Shown here piece after piece: positions 62,928 through 64,000 of a stretch of 64,000 nucleotides of DNA. The position numbers and the translations under genes were made by a program. Origin of the DNA: Betaproteobacteria bacterium HGW-Betaproteobacteria-7 (GTDB taxonomy: Bacteria > Pseudomonadota > Gammaproteobacteria > Burkholderiales > Rhodocyclaceae); assembly GCA_002840765.1 (NCBI GenBank), contig PHCE01000004.1, positions 71,959 to 135,958 on the forward strand, written 5' to 3'. The first letter of the stretch is position 1. Each line of letters begins with the position of its first letter. The notes beneath the pieces are model-generated. The model was given only the letters and a program-made list of their open reading frames with translations. It searched no databases and was not told the DNA's origin.

Positions 62928-64000
62928 TTATTTCTTGCCGTCGGTGGCAGCCACGCCGGGCTTCCAGATCTGACCGATGGCAACCTTGGTGAGCTTCTTC
63001 TGGCGGCCGTAGATCAGGTTCACCAGGGCGCGCGAGATGACTACCGAGGAGAAGATCGAGGTCAGGATGCCCAGGCAGTGCACCACAGCGAAGCCACGCA
63101 CCGGGCCGGAACCGAAGATGAGCAGGGCGAGGCCGGCGATCAGCGTGGTGATGTTGGAGTCGAGAATGGTGCCGAAGGCGCGTTCGTAGCCTTCCGAAAT
63201 GGCGGCTTGCGGCGGCATGCCGGCACGCAACTCTTCGCGGATACGCTCGTTGATCAGCACGTTGGCGTCGATCGCCATGCCCAGGGTCAGCGCGATGGCG
63301 GCGATGCCAGGGAGGGTCAGCGTTGCCTGCAGCATCGACAGCAGGGCGACCAGCAACAGCAGGTTGGAGGCCAGGGCGAGCACCGAGACGACACCGAAAA
63401 CCTGGTAGTAGGCGATCATGAAGACGGCGATGGCGACGAAGCCCCATAGCGTCGAATTGAAGCCCTTCTCGATATTTTCGGCACCGAGCGAGGGGCCGAT
63501 GGTGCGTTCCTCGATGATGTCCATCGGCGCTGCCAGCGAGCCGGCGCGCAGCAGCAGAGCGACGTCGTTGGCCTCGGTGGTGGTCATGCGGCCGGAAATC
63601 TGCACGCGGCCGCCGCCAATTTCGGTACGGATGACCGGCGCCGTGACCACTTCGCCCTTGCCCTTCTCGATGAGCAGGATGGCCATGCGCTTGCCGACGT
63701 TGTCGCGGGTGATGTCCTTGAAGATGCGCGAACCGGCAGCGTCGAGGGTCAGGTGCACGGCCGGTTCATTGGTCTGGCCGTCGAAGCCGGGCTGGGCATC
63801 GGTCAGGCGGTCGCCGGTGAGGACGACCTGCTTCTTGACCAGTAGCGGCGAGCCACCGCGCTCGGTGTACACCTCGGTGCCGAAGGGCACACTGCCAGCG
63901 AGTGCCGCTTCGAGGACGCCCGGAGAGTCGTCCACCATGCGGATTTCCAAGGTTGCCGTGCGGCCGAGGATGTCCTTGGCCTTGGCGGTGTCCTGCACGC
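62928..64000 (-). CDS. secD: Protein translocase subunit SecD, partial; the N-terminus lies beyond the window
   Basis: The frame is open to the window edge. LGPSLGAENIEKG and AIALTLGMAIDANVLINERIREE are typical of SecD. Confidence 0.95.
   Translation of the reverse strand, partial: VQDTAKAKDILGRTATLEIRMVDDSPGVLEAALAGSVPFGTEVYTERGGSPLLVKKQVVLTGDRLTDAQPGFDGQTNEPAVHLTLDAAGSRIFKDITRDNVGKRMAILLIEKGKGEVVTAPVIRTEIGGGRVQISGRMTTTEANDVALLLRAGSLAAPMDIIEERTIGPSLGAENIEKGFNSTLWGFVAIAVFMIAYYQVFGVVSVLALASNLLLLVALLSMLQATLTLPGIAAIALTLGMAIDANVLINERIREELRAGMPPQAAISEGYERAFGTILDSNITTLIAGLALLIFGSGPVRGFAVVHCLGILTSIFSSVVISRALVNLIYGRQKKLTKVAIGQIWKPGVAATDGKK

Overview
This is a GC-rich chromosomal segment. Gene content and order suggest a betaproteobacterium (Rhodocyclales-like), but that is a guess I cannot verify without a search. 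I support about 62 protein-coding genes and recognised no rRNA, tRNA, CRISPR array, transposase or integrase.

Most of the window is housekeeping:
- Information processing and export: alaS, mnmA, rhlE, secD, secF.
- Biosynthesis: glnE, purB, ilvE, a DAHP synthase.
- Envelope: yhdP, waaF, a PMM/PGM enzyme, mscL.
- Other metabolism: tldD, and a glycolate/glyoxylate block (hyi, glycerate kinase, glcDEF).

The parts worth a second look:
1. Positions 1-5404 hold a divergent redox/sensing cluster. One operon encodes a NOX/FRE-type flavocytochrome with two periplasmic c-type cytochromes and a PepSY protein. It faces a second operon encoding a ZraP-like protein, a PepSY protein, a response regulator and a histidine kinase.
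2. An AbrB/Doc toxin-antitoxin pair sits 3 nt upstream of an operon of mtnA, a FucA-like aldolase and a CDF metal exporter.
3. A visibly AT-richer insertion of about 1.7 kb (23.1-24.85 kb) carries a leaderless M23 peptidase. Its stop overlaps the start of a signal-peptide protein, which looks like an effector/immunity pair. The insertion also holds decayed addiction-module fragments.
4. A diguanylate cyclase with a CZB zinc-sensing motif is embedded in the glycolate cluster.
5. A 77-nt intergenic element built from 7-nt repeats lies in front of waaF, with partial copies at two other loci.
6. One FNR-like box lies between a histidine kinase / REC-HD-GYP operon and a cytochrome c-prime / b561 operon that run in opposite directions.

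All functional calls come from reading the translated ORFs and recognising motifs. No database search was run.
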